From Nitrososphaerota archaeon (lineage in GTDB: Archaea > Thermoproteota > Nitrososphaeria_A > Caldarchaeales > Caldarchaeaceae), in assembly GCA_041641305.1 (NCBI GenBank), contig JBEPYN010000001.1:704001-768000 (forward strand): a stretch of 64,000 nt of DNA, given 5' to 3'. Shown piece after piece: positions 55,189-64,000 of the stretch. The first letter of the stretch is position 1, and each line of letters starts with the position of its first letter. Made by a program: the position numbers and the translations under genes. The notes beneath the pieces were generated by a model. That model did not search any database and had not been told where the DNA came from. It saw only the letters and a program-made list of their open reading frames with translations.

Positions 55189-56010
55189 ATGCGTGCACAG
55201 CTCGCGGTCTCCAGCCTGATCATCTTCGGCATAATTCTTGTTGGGCTGGGGTTCGCGGGGCTGCCCACCGTAATCACCTATGAAGAGACCGTGGCTTTAC
55301 AGACATCGAGCGCGACCAATGTGGTCGAGACAGAGGCCATAGCATGGACAACAACGCTGGAGCTTGCGGAGACTTTTGAGACCACTTTGGTGTCGACCAC
55401 GTTGTCCACGGTGACAGATGTGACAACAAGCACCTTGAAACGTGTGGCCGCCGAGGCCGTCAACCAAACAGTCTCACCCGAAGCCGCCTTAGTAACTGGC
55501 CCCATCACGATACAGCGGATGAGAAGCCTTGAGCTGTCGTGGAAGTCCAATAAAACCGTGGACATATACATCGCGGTCGGCGACTATCTAAACGCGTCCA
55601 GTTGGACACTGGTTGGCAGAGGCGTCGTCGGAAGCGCCGTCATCCCATTCACCGAAGAGGCAGAGGTTTACGTCATAACCGGTTCAGCTGGAGCTCATGC
55701 CTCTGTCTCGGTCACGGTTCTTGAGACATGGTCCGAGACCATCGCCGAAACCCGAACAAGCACATTGTCAACAACATTAACAACCACCATGACCTCGACA
55801 CGCTATCTCACAAGCGAGACAACCTACACCACCAGCTACACCACCGAGAAACAGGTCTACTATGTGACGACGCTGGTGACCACAGTAACCGAGACCCGCT
55901 ACCCCGACCTAACCTTCATGACCCTAATGGGGAGCTTCATAATCTTCGTAGGCATCCTGTTCATGATTCTTCTGCTGCGTACACTGGGAAAACCCGTGGA
56001 AAAAACATAG
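55189..56010 (+). CDS. Thr-rich membrane/surface protein
   Basis: N-terminal signal/TM, two Thr/Ser-rich stalks around a small beta domain, C-terminal TM. Confidence 0.65.
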   Translation: MRAQLAVSSLIIFGIILVGLGFAGLPTVITYEETVALQTSSATNVVETEAIAWTTTLELAETFETTLVSTTLSTVTDVTTSTLKRVAAEAVNQTVSPEAALVTGPITIQRMRSLELSWKSNKTVDIYIAVGDYLNASSWTLVGRGVVGSAVIPFTEEAEVYVITGSAGAHASVSVTVLETWSETIAETRTSTLSTTLTTTMTSTRYLTSETTYTTSYTTEKQVYYVTTLVTTVTETRYPDLTFMTLMGSFIIFVGILFMILLLRTLGKPVEKT

Positions 56011-56023
56011 CGGCAACGGGTGC

Positions 56024-57019
56024 TTACTCTCTTACATAGGGTTTTCCAAGAGCTTTGGGGAATCGTCGGGTGGATGGAAAGAGGGCTAGGACGGCCACGG
56101 TCACTATGTATGGAAGCATCATGATGAAATGGAACGGGACGGCTTCTTTCACTGAAGGCGTCACAACCACGGCGAACGCGAGGCCCTCCGCGAACCCGAA
56201 GATGAATGTGGCCGCGAGGGCAGTCAACGGGTTAAGTCCTGAGAAAACCACGGCGGCCAAGGCTATGAACCCGCGGCCGGCCGTTATCTCCTTCACAAGT
56301 CCTCCGAACCATCCCAGAGGCATGAAGGCCCCGCCCACACCCGCGAGAAAACCGCCGACAATGCTTGCGAAAAGCCTCACTCTGTAGACGCTGAGGCCAG
56401 CCACGTCGACGGACTCTGGTTTCTCGCCCGCGGCTCTCAGCCTGATTCCGAGAAGAGTTTTGTTTAGGAGGAGGTATGCCGCGAAGGCGGCTGCTATTGC
56501 TGTAAGCGATATGGGGCTGACAGCCAGTTCTCCTCCGAGAAGCGGTATGGATATGCGTGGCACGACGAGTATCCTTGGAAAGATGTGGATACCGGGGAAA
56601 GCCCATATCGCCATGAGAAGATACTGGAAAAGGCCGATGGCTAAGATGTTGAGGCCCATTCCGGCGACGACCTGCTCAGCTCTTCCGTAGACGTTTAGAA
56701 TCCCCAGCACACCGCCTATCAACGCGCCAAAAACCCCACCCATTAAAAGCCCCATCAACCCTGACTCAAACACCTCGGCCCAGAAAACACCCGCCACAGC
56801 CGAAATCAGAAATATCCCCTCGATGCCTATGTTGATTTGCCCAGATTTCTCGTTGATACATTCGCCGACGGCTGCGAAGGCGAGAGGTGTCAGGGCGAGC
56901 AGCGCAAACTCTATCAACCTTGTGGGCCTGAGGCCGAAAAAGGACAGCGCATACATCGTCGCTGCGGCGGCTGCAAATCCTATCAATAGCCAGAAAACCC
57001 TAAGACGACGTGGCTTCAC
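56024..57019 (-). CDS. Nucleoside/sugar ABC transporter permease (CUT2)
   Basis: EKSGQINIGIEG, RAAGE, GRGFIALAAV. Confidence 0.92.
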   Translation of the reverse strand: MKPRRLRVFWLLIGFAAAAATMYALSFFGLRPTRLIEFALLALTPLAFAAVGECINEKSGQINIGIEGIFLISAVAGVFWAEVFESGLMGLLMGGVFGALIGGVLGILNVYGRAEQVVAGMGLNILAIGLFQYLLMAIWAFPGIHIFPRILVVPRISIPLLGGELAVSPISLTAIAAAFAAYLLLNKTLLGIRLRAAGEKPESVDVAGLSVYRVRLFASIVGGFLAGVGGAFMPLGWFGGLVKEITAGRGFIALAAVVFSGLNPLTALAATFIFGFAEGLAFAVVVTPSVKEAVPFHFIMMLPYIVTVAVLALFPSTRRFPKALGKPYVRE

Positions 57020-58089
57020 CGTGTCTCACCCCTAATTCTTGGGAAAAATTTCTTGATTAAATCAAGGGCCGCGGGGACTGCCAGCGCCAGTATGATTATG
57101 CCGTTTATGGCTCTGACGATTTCCGAGGCTACTCCGGCCTCGAACTCCATGAACCGTCCTCCGTGTAGTAGGCCACCGTAGAAGATGCTTGCGAAGATTA
57201 TTCCTACTGGGTGGTTGCGGCCTACTAGGGCTACTCCTATTCCTTCGAACCCGAGGTTGATGAGGTTGCCCATGGTCGCGAAAACTGTCCAATGAGGAGG
57301 CCTGCCCAGCACCTGCGAAACTCCTGCAAGACCCGCGGCCAGCCCGCCGATGAAGAAACTCATTATCATCGTCTTTGAAATGTTTATTCCAGCGTATCGT
57401 GCTACTTCTTGGTTATGGCCCACAACCCGCAGCTCGTAGCCGACAGTTGTTCGCCATAGCAGGAAATAGATCATGAGCGAAAAAGCTATCACAACTATGA
57501 AGACAGTGGTCAGAGACGAGCCTAGGACAATGTAACGTGCTGTTTCCTGTGCGGGAATCGCTCTCTCAGCTCTCGCCGGATCGGCTAAGTGGTAGGTTAT
57601 CAGGTATGTGACAAGCCAGAAGGCAATCCAGTTCAGCATTATCGTGGAAACAACTTCATGTACTCCTCTGCTGATTTTTAGAAGGGCCGCGGGCATACTC
57701 CAAACCGCTGCAGCAACCATACCGAAAATTGTGGCGAAGACCAGATGTATGATAGGGGGTAGGTTTAACGCTCCTCCGACGAAGGCCGCTCCTATGGCTC
57801 CTATGTACATCTGGCCCTCTGCACCTATGTTAAACAAGCCTGAGCGGATGCCTATGGCGAAGGTAAGGCCCGTCATTATAAGTGGTGTGGCGAAAGCGAG
57901 GGTTTCGAGGAAACCCGAGAAGTCTCCGAATGCTCCGAGAAAAAGCGCTCGATAGGCTTTGACGAAATCGTAGCCGTAGACCGCCATGAGGGCTGCGCCG
58001 CCCACGAGGCCCACGGCCACGGCGAGCATGGATTCAGCTAACTTCTTTAAGGTTTTACGGACTTTTCTGGATAAATTTTGTTGCATCAT
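57016..58089 (-). CDS. Nucleoside/sugar ABC transporter permease (CUT2)
   Basis: GLFNIGAEGQ, EVVSTIMLN, GFEGIGVALVG. Confidence 0.92.
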   Translation of the reverse strand: MMQQNLSRKVRKTLKKLAESMLAVAVGLVGGAALMAVYGYDFVKAYRALFLGAFGDFSGFLETLAFATPLIMTGLTFAIGIRSGLFNIGAEGQMYIGAIGAAFVGGALNLPPIIHLVFATIFGMVAAAVWSMPAALLKISRGVHEVVSTIMLNWIAFWLVTYLITYHLADPARAERAIPAQETARYIVLGSSLTTVFIVVIAFSLMIYFLLWRTTVGYELRVVGHNQEVARYAGINISKTMIMSFFIGGLAAGLAGVSQVLGRPPHWTVFATMGNLINLGFEGIGVALVGRNHPVGIIFASIFYGGLLHGGRFMEFEAGVASEIVRAINGIIILALAVPAALDLIKKFFPRIRGETR

Positions 58090-58113
58090 GATGAAAAAAT
58101 GAGGTAGGGTTGT

Positions 58114-59607
58114 TTAGCCGAGAAGTTCACGCCATCTATCGACTTCTTCCTTGGTCAGCACCATGGGTACCTGGACTTGCCCGCTTCTTATCTTGCTCTC
58201 CAGCTCTGTCAAAGCGTCCCAAATCCATGTCGGCAGATTGTTCCGCATCTCCGTTACCTTCCGACGGATTTCTTCAGGAGCCATGGGTAGAACCTTCTTT
58301 CCGGTCAGCTGCTCCGCGTTGACACCCATTCTGATGAATTCATCCAAGTCTGCGAGGGTGCTCACCGAGATTCCCTCCATAGCGAGGTTGCCTACCTTAG
58401 TGCCGATGCCGAGAACCAGCACACCGTTCGTCTCAGCCACTACTTCCTTGAATTTCCCAATCACCGTGAGAAGCGCAGCATAGTATACACCTCTGTCCAC
58501 ACGCTTCATCATGCTGGCGATGACGAAGCCGGGGTTAATCCAGTCCTGGTTAGCGTCTACACCTATCCAGTATGGCGGCCCGTTTGTGAGCCCTTTCTCG
58601 GTCGCTATTTCCTGGATAGCCTGATTAATTCCTAGACCAAGCGGCCCGGCGATGTTGTACACCGCTATCGCCTGCTGCTCATACATGGATTTAGCGGCTG
58701 CGTATCCCTTGGTTATGTCGCTGAAAGTGCCCGTGTATGTCCAGAGCACGCGGCCCTTGTACCAGCACTGGCCTGCCTGTGGGCAGTATAGGCCGTTGTT
58801 CCAGTTAGGTCCGGAGCCGTATATCCCGTCCTCGCCTATGATGGGAGCCCGTCTTCCGAAACGCTGTTCATACCACTTCAGGCCCCAGTCGCATCCCCAC
58901 TTGTAGCCTATCTCGAATTTCCATAGAACAGGTATCTCTATCCCGAAGACTCCGCCGATGTATGGATAGTTTCCTCCCTGTTCATTGTAGTATGCTGCGA
59001 GTAGACAGCCGAGCGCGCCGACCATGGCGCTGCCTTTATGCTCCTCGTAAACGATGTCAAGCATGTTTGGCAGTGGCTTGCCGTTTTGTTGAACCGCGAG
59101 CGCTTGTGTGAACGTGTCTATTCCGGCGAAGTTTTTGTCCGGATATTTGCTGGCGACTTCTAGAAGTGCTTCGCTGAGGAGGAAGCCTACTCCTACGATG
59201 AGTTTGACGTCGGGGTCACGGGCGGCTGTCTCGAGGTTGGGGACGTAGTCGGCCTCCGTTTTGCTAATCAACTCAACCATTTGGACCCCTAAATCTTTCT
59301 CGGCCTCGTCCCCGCCTTTGAACGCCATGTCGTTGAAGGAGAGGTCTCCGCGGCCACCTACGTCGGAGATGACGGCTATCTTGATGGTTCCGGGTGAAAT
59401 GGGACGCTCTACCGTAACCGTTGATGTTACAACACGAGTGGTGGTGATTGTTTGCGCCGAGCCTCCGACGGTGGTGGTTGTCGTGACAGTTTCAACGATT
59501 CTTTGCCCCGACTGTGTCCAACCAACTGCTCCGGCAATAATCGCGACAACAAGCAGGACAGCGAGGATAGATTCGGTTCTCGTCAAGGCTTTCCGACTCA
59601 TACGCAT
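58114..59607 (-). CDS. BMP-family ABC substrate-binding protein (nucleoside)
   Basis: GGRGDLSFND, IGVDANQ, SMMKRVD; N-terminal TM and Thr-rich linker. Confidence 0.92.
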   Translation of the reverse strand: MRMSRKALTRTESILAVLLVVAIIAGAVGWTQSGQRIVETVTTTTTVGGSAQTITTTRVVTSTVTVERPISPGTIKIAVISDVGGRGDLSFNDMAFKGGDEAEKDLGVQMVELISKTEADYVPNLETAARDPDVKLIVGVGFLLSEALLEVASKYPDKNFAGIDTFTQALAVQQNGKPLPNMLDIVYEEHKGSAMVGALGCLLAAYYNEQGGNYPYIGGVFGIEIPVLWKFEIGYKWGCDWGLKWYEQRFGRRAPIIGEDGIYGSGPNWNNGLYCPQAGQCWYKGRVLWTYTGTFSDITKGYAAAKSMYEQQAIAVYNIAGPLGLGINQAIQEIATEKGLTNGPPYWIGVDANQDWINPGFVIASMMKRVDRGVYYAALLTVIGKFKEVVAETNGVLVLGIGTKVGNLAMEGISVSTLADLDEFIRMGVNAEQLTGKKVLPMAPEEIRRKVTEMRNNLPTWIWDALTELESKIRSGQVQVPMVLTKEEVDRWRELLG

Positions 59608-59646
59608 TTTCCAACCCTTGAGGTTATATAAACTTTCTTGAAAATT

Positions 59647-60486
59647 TTATCTCAGTTTCTTCACAATGTTCATCAGCTTCTTTACTCTTTCGGGTTCGAC
59701 GGGGTTCCAGAATTTTCCGTCTCGTCTCAAGTATGAGCCTACGATGGCGCCGTCGGCTACTTTCAGCAGGGTTTCGGCGTTGTCCGCGTTTAGGCCGCTG
59801 CCTATCAAAACAGGTAACGAGGTTGCTTGTTTAGCTCTCACCACTTTTTCCAACGGTGTCTCGGCACCTGTCCTCGTTCCCGAAACTATGATGGCGTCGG
59901 CGTCGAAGAACTCTGCATCAGCCACCTGCTCCTCGAAAGGTCTATCACTTATGATGAAGTGGCTCCCATGCTTCACGTTAACATCCGCGAAAACCCTCAC
60001 ATCATAAGCTCTGAGGTTCGCTCTGTATCTGAGCGCGTGATGAGCTATGGCTTCCACGAAGCCTTCGTCTGCTATGTATGCGTTGGCCCACTCGGCCGCC
60101 CGCACCCACTTACCTCCAGAGGCGACGCATGCGGCGATGGCTGGGATAACGCCGTTGGCTAAGCAGCATATACCCACAGGAAGCCCTGTGGATTTTCTCA
60201 CCTCACGGGCCACCACAGCCAGGATGGAGCTGGTCTCATGCCCGATATCATCCGGCTTCAAGTATGGATAGTCACCGATGTTCTCAACCTGGAGACCGTC
60301 AACATCGTTGCTTTTCAGAACCTCGGCGTCACGCAGTCCATATTCGATAATGTCTTCAACAGACATTCCCATGTAACGTGGCGCGCCAGGTAGAGGCGGG
60401 AGATGAATCATCGCGATGATAGGCTTCGGGTTCTTGAAAATTTCTTTCAAAGCATCTGGTTTCATGGGCAAAAGAGGTGAGGACAT
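59647..60486 (-). CDS. BtpA/SgcQ family TIM-barrel protein
   Basis: MIHLPPLPGAP, VENIGDYPY, ADVNVKH, VSGTRTG, IGSG. Confidence 0.9.
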   Translation of the reverse strand: MSSPLLPMKPDALKEIFKNPKPIIAMIHLPPLPGAPRYMGMSVEDIIEYGLRDAEVLKSNDVDGLQVENIGDYPYLKPDDIGHETSSILAVVAREVRKSTGLPVGICCLANGVIPAIAACVASGGKWVRAAEWANAYIADEGFVEAIAHHALRYRANLRAYDVRVFADVNVKHGSHFIISDRPFEEQVADAEFFDADAIIVSGTRTGAETPLEKVVRAKQATSLPVLIGSGLNADNAETLLKVADGAIVGSYLRRDGKFWNPVEPERVKKLMNIVKKLR

Positions 60487-60517
60487 GCGGGAACATGGCT
60501 GTCTTGGTTTAAAAACT

Positions 60518-61402
60518 TTATAGATGCTCCAGTCTGCCGCCGATGGTTTTTACTGCAAGGGCTCCTAAACGTGTTGCGAGAAGGCCGCATTCGGTAACCG
60601 GCGACCCTTTCAGCATCTCGTGGAGAAAACCTGCGATGAATGCGTCCCCCGCACCTGTTCCGTCTACGCTTTCCACGGGTTGAGCAGGGAGTTTCAGGAC
60701 TTCGCCATCGGTCACGGCGATTTCACATCCTTCACCTCCTTTCTTATAGACAATCATGCAGCCCCATAGCCTTGACAAATCAGAGACAGAACCTACACCA
60801 AAATACCTCGCAACTACACGGTATTCCGCCGCGTTTAGAAAGACGCAGTCAACATGTCTAACGATATTTTTCAGAAGATATGGTTGGCTGGCTAGTGGTA
60901 TACACATGTCCAGCGTGATGGTGTTGTCTGCTTTTCCGAGAATTTTCAAGGCTGCTTCTCTCTGCGGGCCTTCGAGGAAGCTGTAGCCGGAGATATGTAG
61001 TAGAGATGCGTTTGTTAAAGCTTCGGCGGAGAGGTATTCATAGCTGAAGTGCTTATTTGCACCCCGGTACGCGAACATCGTGCGTTCTCCGTTTCTGCTC
61101 ACAATTATGTAGGTGATGCCTGTCATGTCAGCTGAGGTTTTCTGCACATGTGCTGTGTCCACTCCCACATCCTCCAGCCCCTTCACCAGCATATCGCCCA
61201 CAGGATCCTTTCCCACACAGCCCAACATCACCGCATCTGTTCCAAGCAAAACAAGTGTGTGCGCAACGTTTGCGGCTGAGCCACCGTGTCGGATGAATGC
61301 TTTCTCAGCCATGTCTTCATGCCCTTCCTCAGGAAACTTTTGATGAAACGCTATTATGTCGAGGTTGATATCACCGAGGACCGCGACCCTCCGCCGTTTC
61401 AA
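60518..61402 (-). CDS. PfkB family carbohydrate/nucleoside kinase
   Basis: GGSAAN, GCVGKD, DGTGAGDAF. Confidence 0.92.
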   Translation of the reverse strand: MKRRRVAVLGDINLDIIAFHQKFPEEGHEDMAEKAFIRHGGSAANVAHTLVLLGTDAVMLGCVGKDPVGDMLVKGLEDVGVDTAHVQKTSADMTGITYIIVSRNGERTMFAYRGANKHFSYEYLSAEALTNASLLHISGYSFLEGPQREAALKILGKADNTITLDMCIPLASQPYLLKNIVRHVDCVFLNAAEYRVVARYFGVGSVSDLSRLWGCMIVYKKGGEGCEIAVTDGEVLKLPAQPVESVDGTGAGDAFIAGFLHEMLKGSPVTECGLLATRLGALAVKTIGGRLEHL

Positions 61403-61479
61403 TTTTTACACCTAGAGTGTCAGGAGGTTTTTTAAACTTACCGTAACTGATATAATCATCGTCTCCGAGAAGCTGGGAT

Positions 61480-61878
61480 GTGAAGTATGCCACGCTTTTG
61501 GACTATGCGTTTCAGGCTCTGAAGAACTCGTATGCACCGTATTCCCGGTTTAGCGTCGGCGCGGCTTTGTTGTCGGCTGATGGAGAGGTCGTGACAGGAT
61601 GCAACGTTGAAAACGCTAGCTACGGTCTCTCGATGTGCGCGGAAAGAACGGCTGTCTTCAAAGCTGTGTCCGAGGGGTTGAGGGAATTTGAAGCCATAGC
61701 CGTGGTCTCCAGCAAAGTAAACCCAGTTTATCCATGCGGCGCCTGTAGACAGGTTCTCCGAGAATTTAACCCACGTCTTAAAGTGCTCGTCGCGGGCCCG
61801 GGTAAGAAACCAATAGCCACATCGCTGGATAAACTTTTGCCGAAAAGTTTTGGAAAAGAAAGCTTAAGGCGGAGATGA
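61480..61878 (+). CDS. cdd: Cytidine deaminase
   Basis: YAPYSRFSVGAAL, NVENAS, CAE, PCGACRQ. Confidence 0.96.
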   Translation: MKYATLLDYAFQALKNSYAPYSRFSVGAALLSADGEVVTGCNVENASYGLSMCAERTAVFKAVSEGLREFEAIAVVSSKVNPVYPCGACRQVLREFNPRLKVLVAGPGKKPIATSLDKLLPKSFGKESLRRR

Positions 61879-61891
61879 AGGTGGCTTTGCT

Positions 61892-62827
61892 ATGCTGCGT
61901 CTGATAATAGACACGGATACAGCGGGTGATGACACGATTTCGCTGTTGCTAGCCTTGAAATGGCCCGGGGTGCGGCTTGAGGCGGTCACCGTTGTCTGTG
62001 GAAACGTCGAGTTCTCCCAGCAAGTTGAAAACGCACTCTACACCGTTGAAAGCTTCGCCGACCACTATGTGCCTGTTTACCCTGGATGCGACAAGCCGTT
62101 TCTAAGAAGCTGGAAATACGCCGACTATGTCCACGGAAAAGACGGCATGGGCGAGAACTACTTCCCCAAAGCTCGTCAAAGACCAGAGAACAAGCACGCG
62201 GTGCAAGCCTTGCTGGAGCTGGTTAACTCAAGACCAGGCGAATACACCATCATAGCACAAGGCCCCCTCACAAACATAGCCACCGCCATCATGCTGGACA
62301 AAAACTTCGTGAAGAACGTGAAAAGGCTCTACATAATGGGCGGCTACGCGGATGGATACGGCAACGTCACCCCCGCGGCCGAGTACAACTTCTGGGTCGA
62401 CCCCGAAGCCGCCAAAATAGTTCTCCACTCTGGAATAAACCCGTTCATCGTCGGATGGGACATAGCAGTCAAGTATAGTGTAGTAGAGGAGGATATGCAT
62501 CGAGAGATTGCTAAATGGGGGACACGGGAGGCTGATTTCTTCGTCAAAGTGAATAGGAAAGTGGTGGAGTTTGAGAAGAAGGTGATGGGTATCCCTGGTA
62601 GCACACATCCCGACACGATAACCACGGCGATAGCGATAGAGCCTAAAATCGCGAGAAAAGTTGAGCGACGGTATGTAGATGTAGAGACCCAGAGTGAGCT
62701 GACGCGAGGCATGTCCGTGGTCGACCACAGAGGAGTGCTGGGAAAGGAGCCGAACGCAGACATATGCTACGAAGCTGATGCCCAGATTTTCAGACAAATG
62801 CTCTTCAAAATCCTGCGAGGCCAATAA
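61892..62827 (+). CDS. Inosine/uridine-preferring nucleoside hydrolase
   Basis: DTDTAGDD, VHGKDG, GPLTNIA, AEYNFWVDPEAA, HPD. Confidence 0.94.
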   Translation: MLRLIIDTDTAGDDTISLLLALKWPGVRLEAVTVVCGNVEFSQQVENALYTVESFADHYVPVYPGCDKPFLRSWKYADYVHGKDGMGENYFPKARQRPENKHAVQALLELVNSRPGEYTIIAQGPLTNIATAIMLDKNFVKNVKRLYIMGGYADGYGNVTPAAEYNFWVDPEAAKIVLHSGINPFIVGWDIAVKYSVVEEDMHREIAKWGTREADFFVKVNRKVVEFEKKVMGIPGSTHPDTITTAIAIEPKIARKVERRYVDVETQSELTRGMSVVDHRGVLGKEPNADICYEADAQIFRQMLFKILRGQ

Positions 62828-62883
62828 CAGTCTCTAACCTAATCCGGCAATCAATTTATTAAACATGGACATAGACATTTACC

Positions 62884-63573
62884 ATGTCCAACATATCTGT
62901 GAGAGATATCGCTTCTCGGATACAGCACACCAACGTCTCCCCCGATGCTACGGCGAAAGACATTGAGAAGCTCTGCAGCGAGGCGGTGAAGTATAGGTTT
63001 AGCGCCGTCGTCATCAATCCCATCTGGGTTAAACACGCTGCCGAACTCCTGAGAGGAACAGATGTCAAGGTTTGCGTCGCCATAAACTATCCCATGGCAG
63101 GCTCCAAGCCAATCACAAAAGCCGTGGAGATACGTGATGCAATAGCTGATGGATGCGAGGAAATAGACTTCATGATTAACGTGGGGTACCTCAAGTCTGG
63201 GATGATTGAAAAGTTTCGGAGAGACGTGGAGACTGTTGTGGAGGCGGCTGACGGTAGAATAGTTAAGGCGATTCTCGAGACAGCTATTCTCACCGAGGAT
63301 GAGGTTAGGCTTGCTGCGAAGATTTGCGAGGAGGCGGGTGTCAACTATGTCAAGAACTCGAGCGGGTGGGGCAAGGGAGGGCCTGCGACGGTCGAGGTGG
63401 TCAAGCTTCTCCGCAGCTCCGTAAGCAAGAAGGTTGGGGTGAAAGCCTCGGGCGGCATAAGAGATTTCGCCACAGCGGTGAAGCTGGTCGAAGCCGGTGC
63501 AGACCTGTTGGGAACCAGCAGAGGTGTCCAGATAGTGACTGGTGAGACAGGCTCGGGCGAGGTATCCTACTGA
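62884..63573 (+). CDS. deoC: Deoxyribose-phosphate aldolase
   Basis: EIDFMIN, VKAILE, YVKNSSG, VKASGGIR, GTS. Confidence 0.93.
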   Translation: MSNISVRDIASRIQHTNVSPDATAKDIEKLCSEAVKYRFSAVVINPIWVKHAAELLRGTDVKVCVAINYPMAGSKPITKAVEIRDAIADGCEEIDFMINVGYLKSGMIEKFRRDVETVVEAADGRIVKAILETAILTEDEVRLAAKICEEAGVNYVKNSSGWGKGGPATVEVVKLLRSSVSKKVGVKASGGIRDFATAVKLVEAGADLLGTSRGVQIVTGETGSGEVSY

Positions 63574-63574
63574 G

Positions 63575-64000
63575 ATGAGCGGGAAAGTAGGAGCCATAGG
63601 CAGCTATAACACCGGTTTTGTCGTCTACGTCGAGCGACTGCCAATCGAAGGCGAAACCCTCAAGGGCCGAGGGTTCCGGATAGAGCATGGCGGCAAAGGC
63701 TCCAACCAAGCTATACAAGCCGCACGCCTCGGCTGCGACACATTCATCGTCGCCCGCGTCGGAGCCGACATTTTCGGCGAAAGAGCCCTGAGCAAATGGA
63801 GTGCAGAAAAAATCGACACAGAATATGTTGTCGTTGACAGGGACAACCCTACTGGCGCCGGCTTGGTGATAGTGGGGCCTGCGGGCAAAAACATTATAAT
63901 CGTTGACCTCGGAGCAAACATGCATCTGACAAAAAATGATGTTACACACGCGGGTGAGAGAATAAGGTCGGCGGACGTGGTCCTCGCACAGCTTGAAATA
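63575..64000 (+). CDS. rbsK: Ribokinase, N-terminal part (runs off window)
   Basis: MSGKVGAIGS...LPIEGET...GGKGSNQAIQAARLG...VGADIFG...GAN...VLAQLEI. Confidence 0.88.
   Translation, partial: MSGKVGAIGSYNTGFVVYVERLPIEGETLKGRGFRIEHGGKGSNQAIQAARLGCDTFIVARVGADIFGERALSKWSAEKIDTEYVVVDRDNPTGAGLVIVGPAGKNIIIVDLGANMHLTKNDVTHAGERIRSADVVLAQLEI

Noticed and set aside
55280-55900. ACN-rich repetitive DNA resembling a repeat array
   Set aside because: Thr/Ser codon bias in a coding region; no fixed-period repeat-spacer structure, so not CRISPR.

Overview
Gene-dense, GC-moderate archaeal chromosome segment. RpoH/RpoB, Elf1, Alba, separate GINS51 and GINS23, MCM, Hel308, GatDE, aRF1 and GGGP synthase point to a TACK archaeon, most likely an Aigarchaeota/Caldarchaeum-like thermophile (inference). 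Most of the window is housekeeping: transcription, replication, tRNA maturation, purine and pyrimidine metabolism. It also holds two tRNAs (Lys-CTT with a non-canonical 24/25 BHB intron; Val-TAC), a C/D-box guide RNA, a small decayed AT-rich patch (about 15.3-17.3 kb), a stand-alone HerA-NurA pair, a tandem-HxlR/protoglobin divergon and a nucleoside uptake/catabolism cluster (54-64 kb). The most striking observation: two otherwise intact genes, methionyl-tRNA synthetase and threonine synthase, have no in-frame ATG/GTG/TTG before their conserved N-termini. Both instead show the same layout, GGTG (SD) + 7 nt + in-frame CTA, suggesting CUA initiation or initiation-coupled +1 recoding. No CRISPR array, rRNA, transposase or intein was seen.
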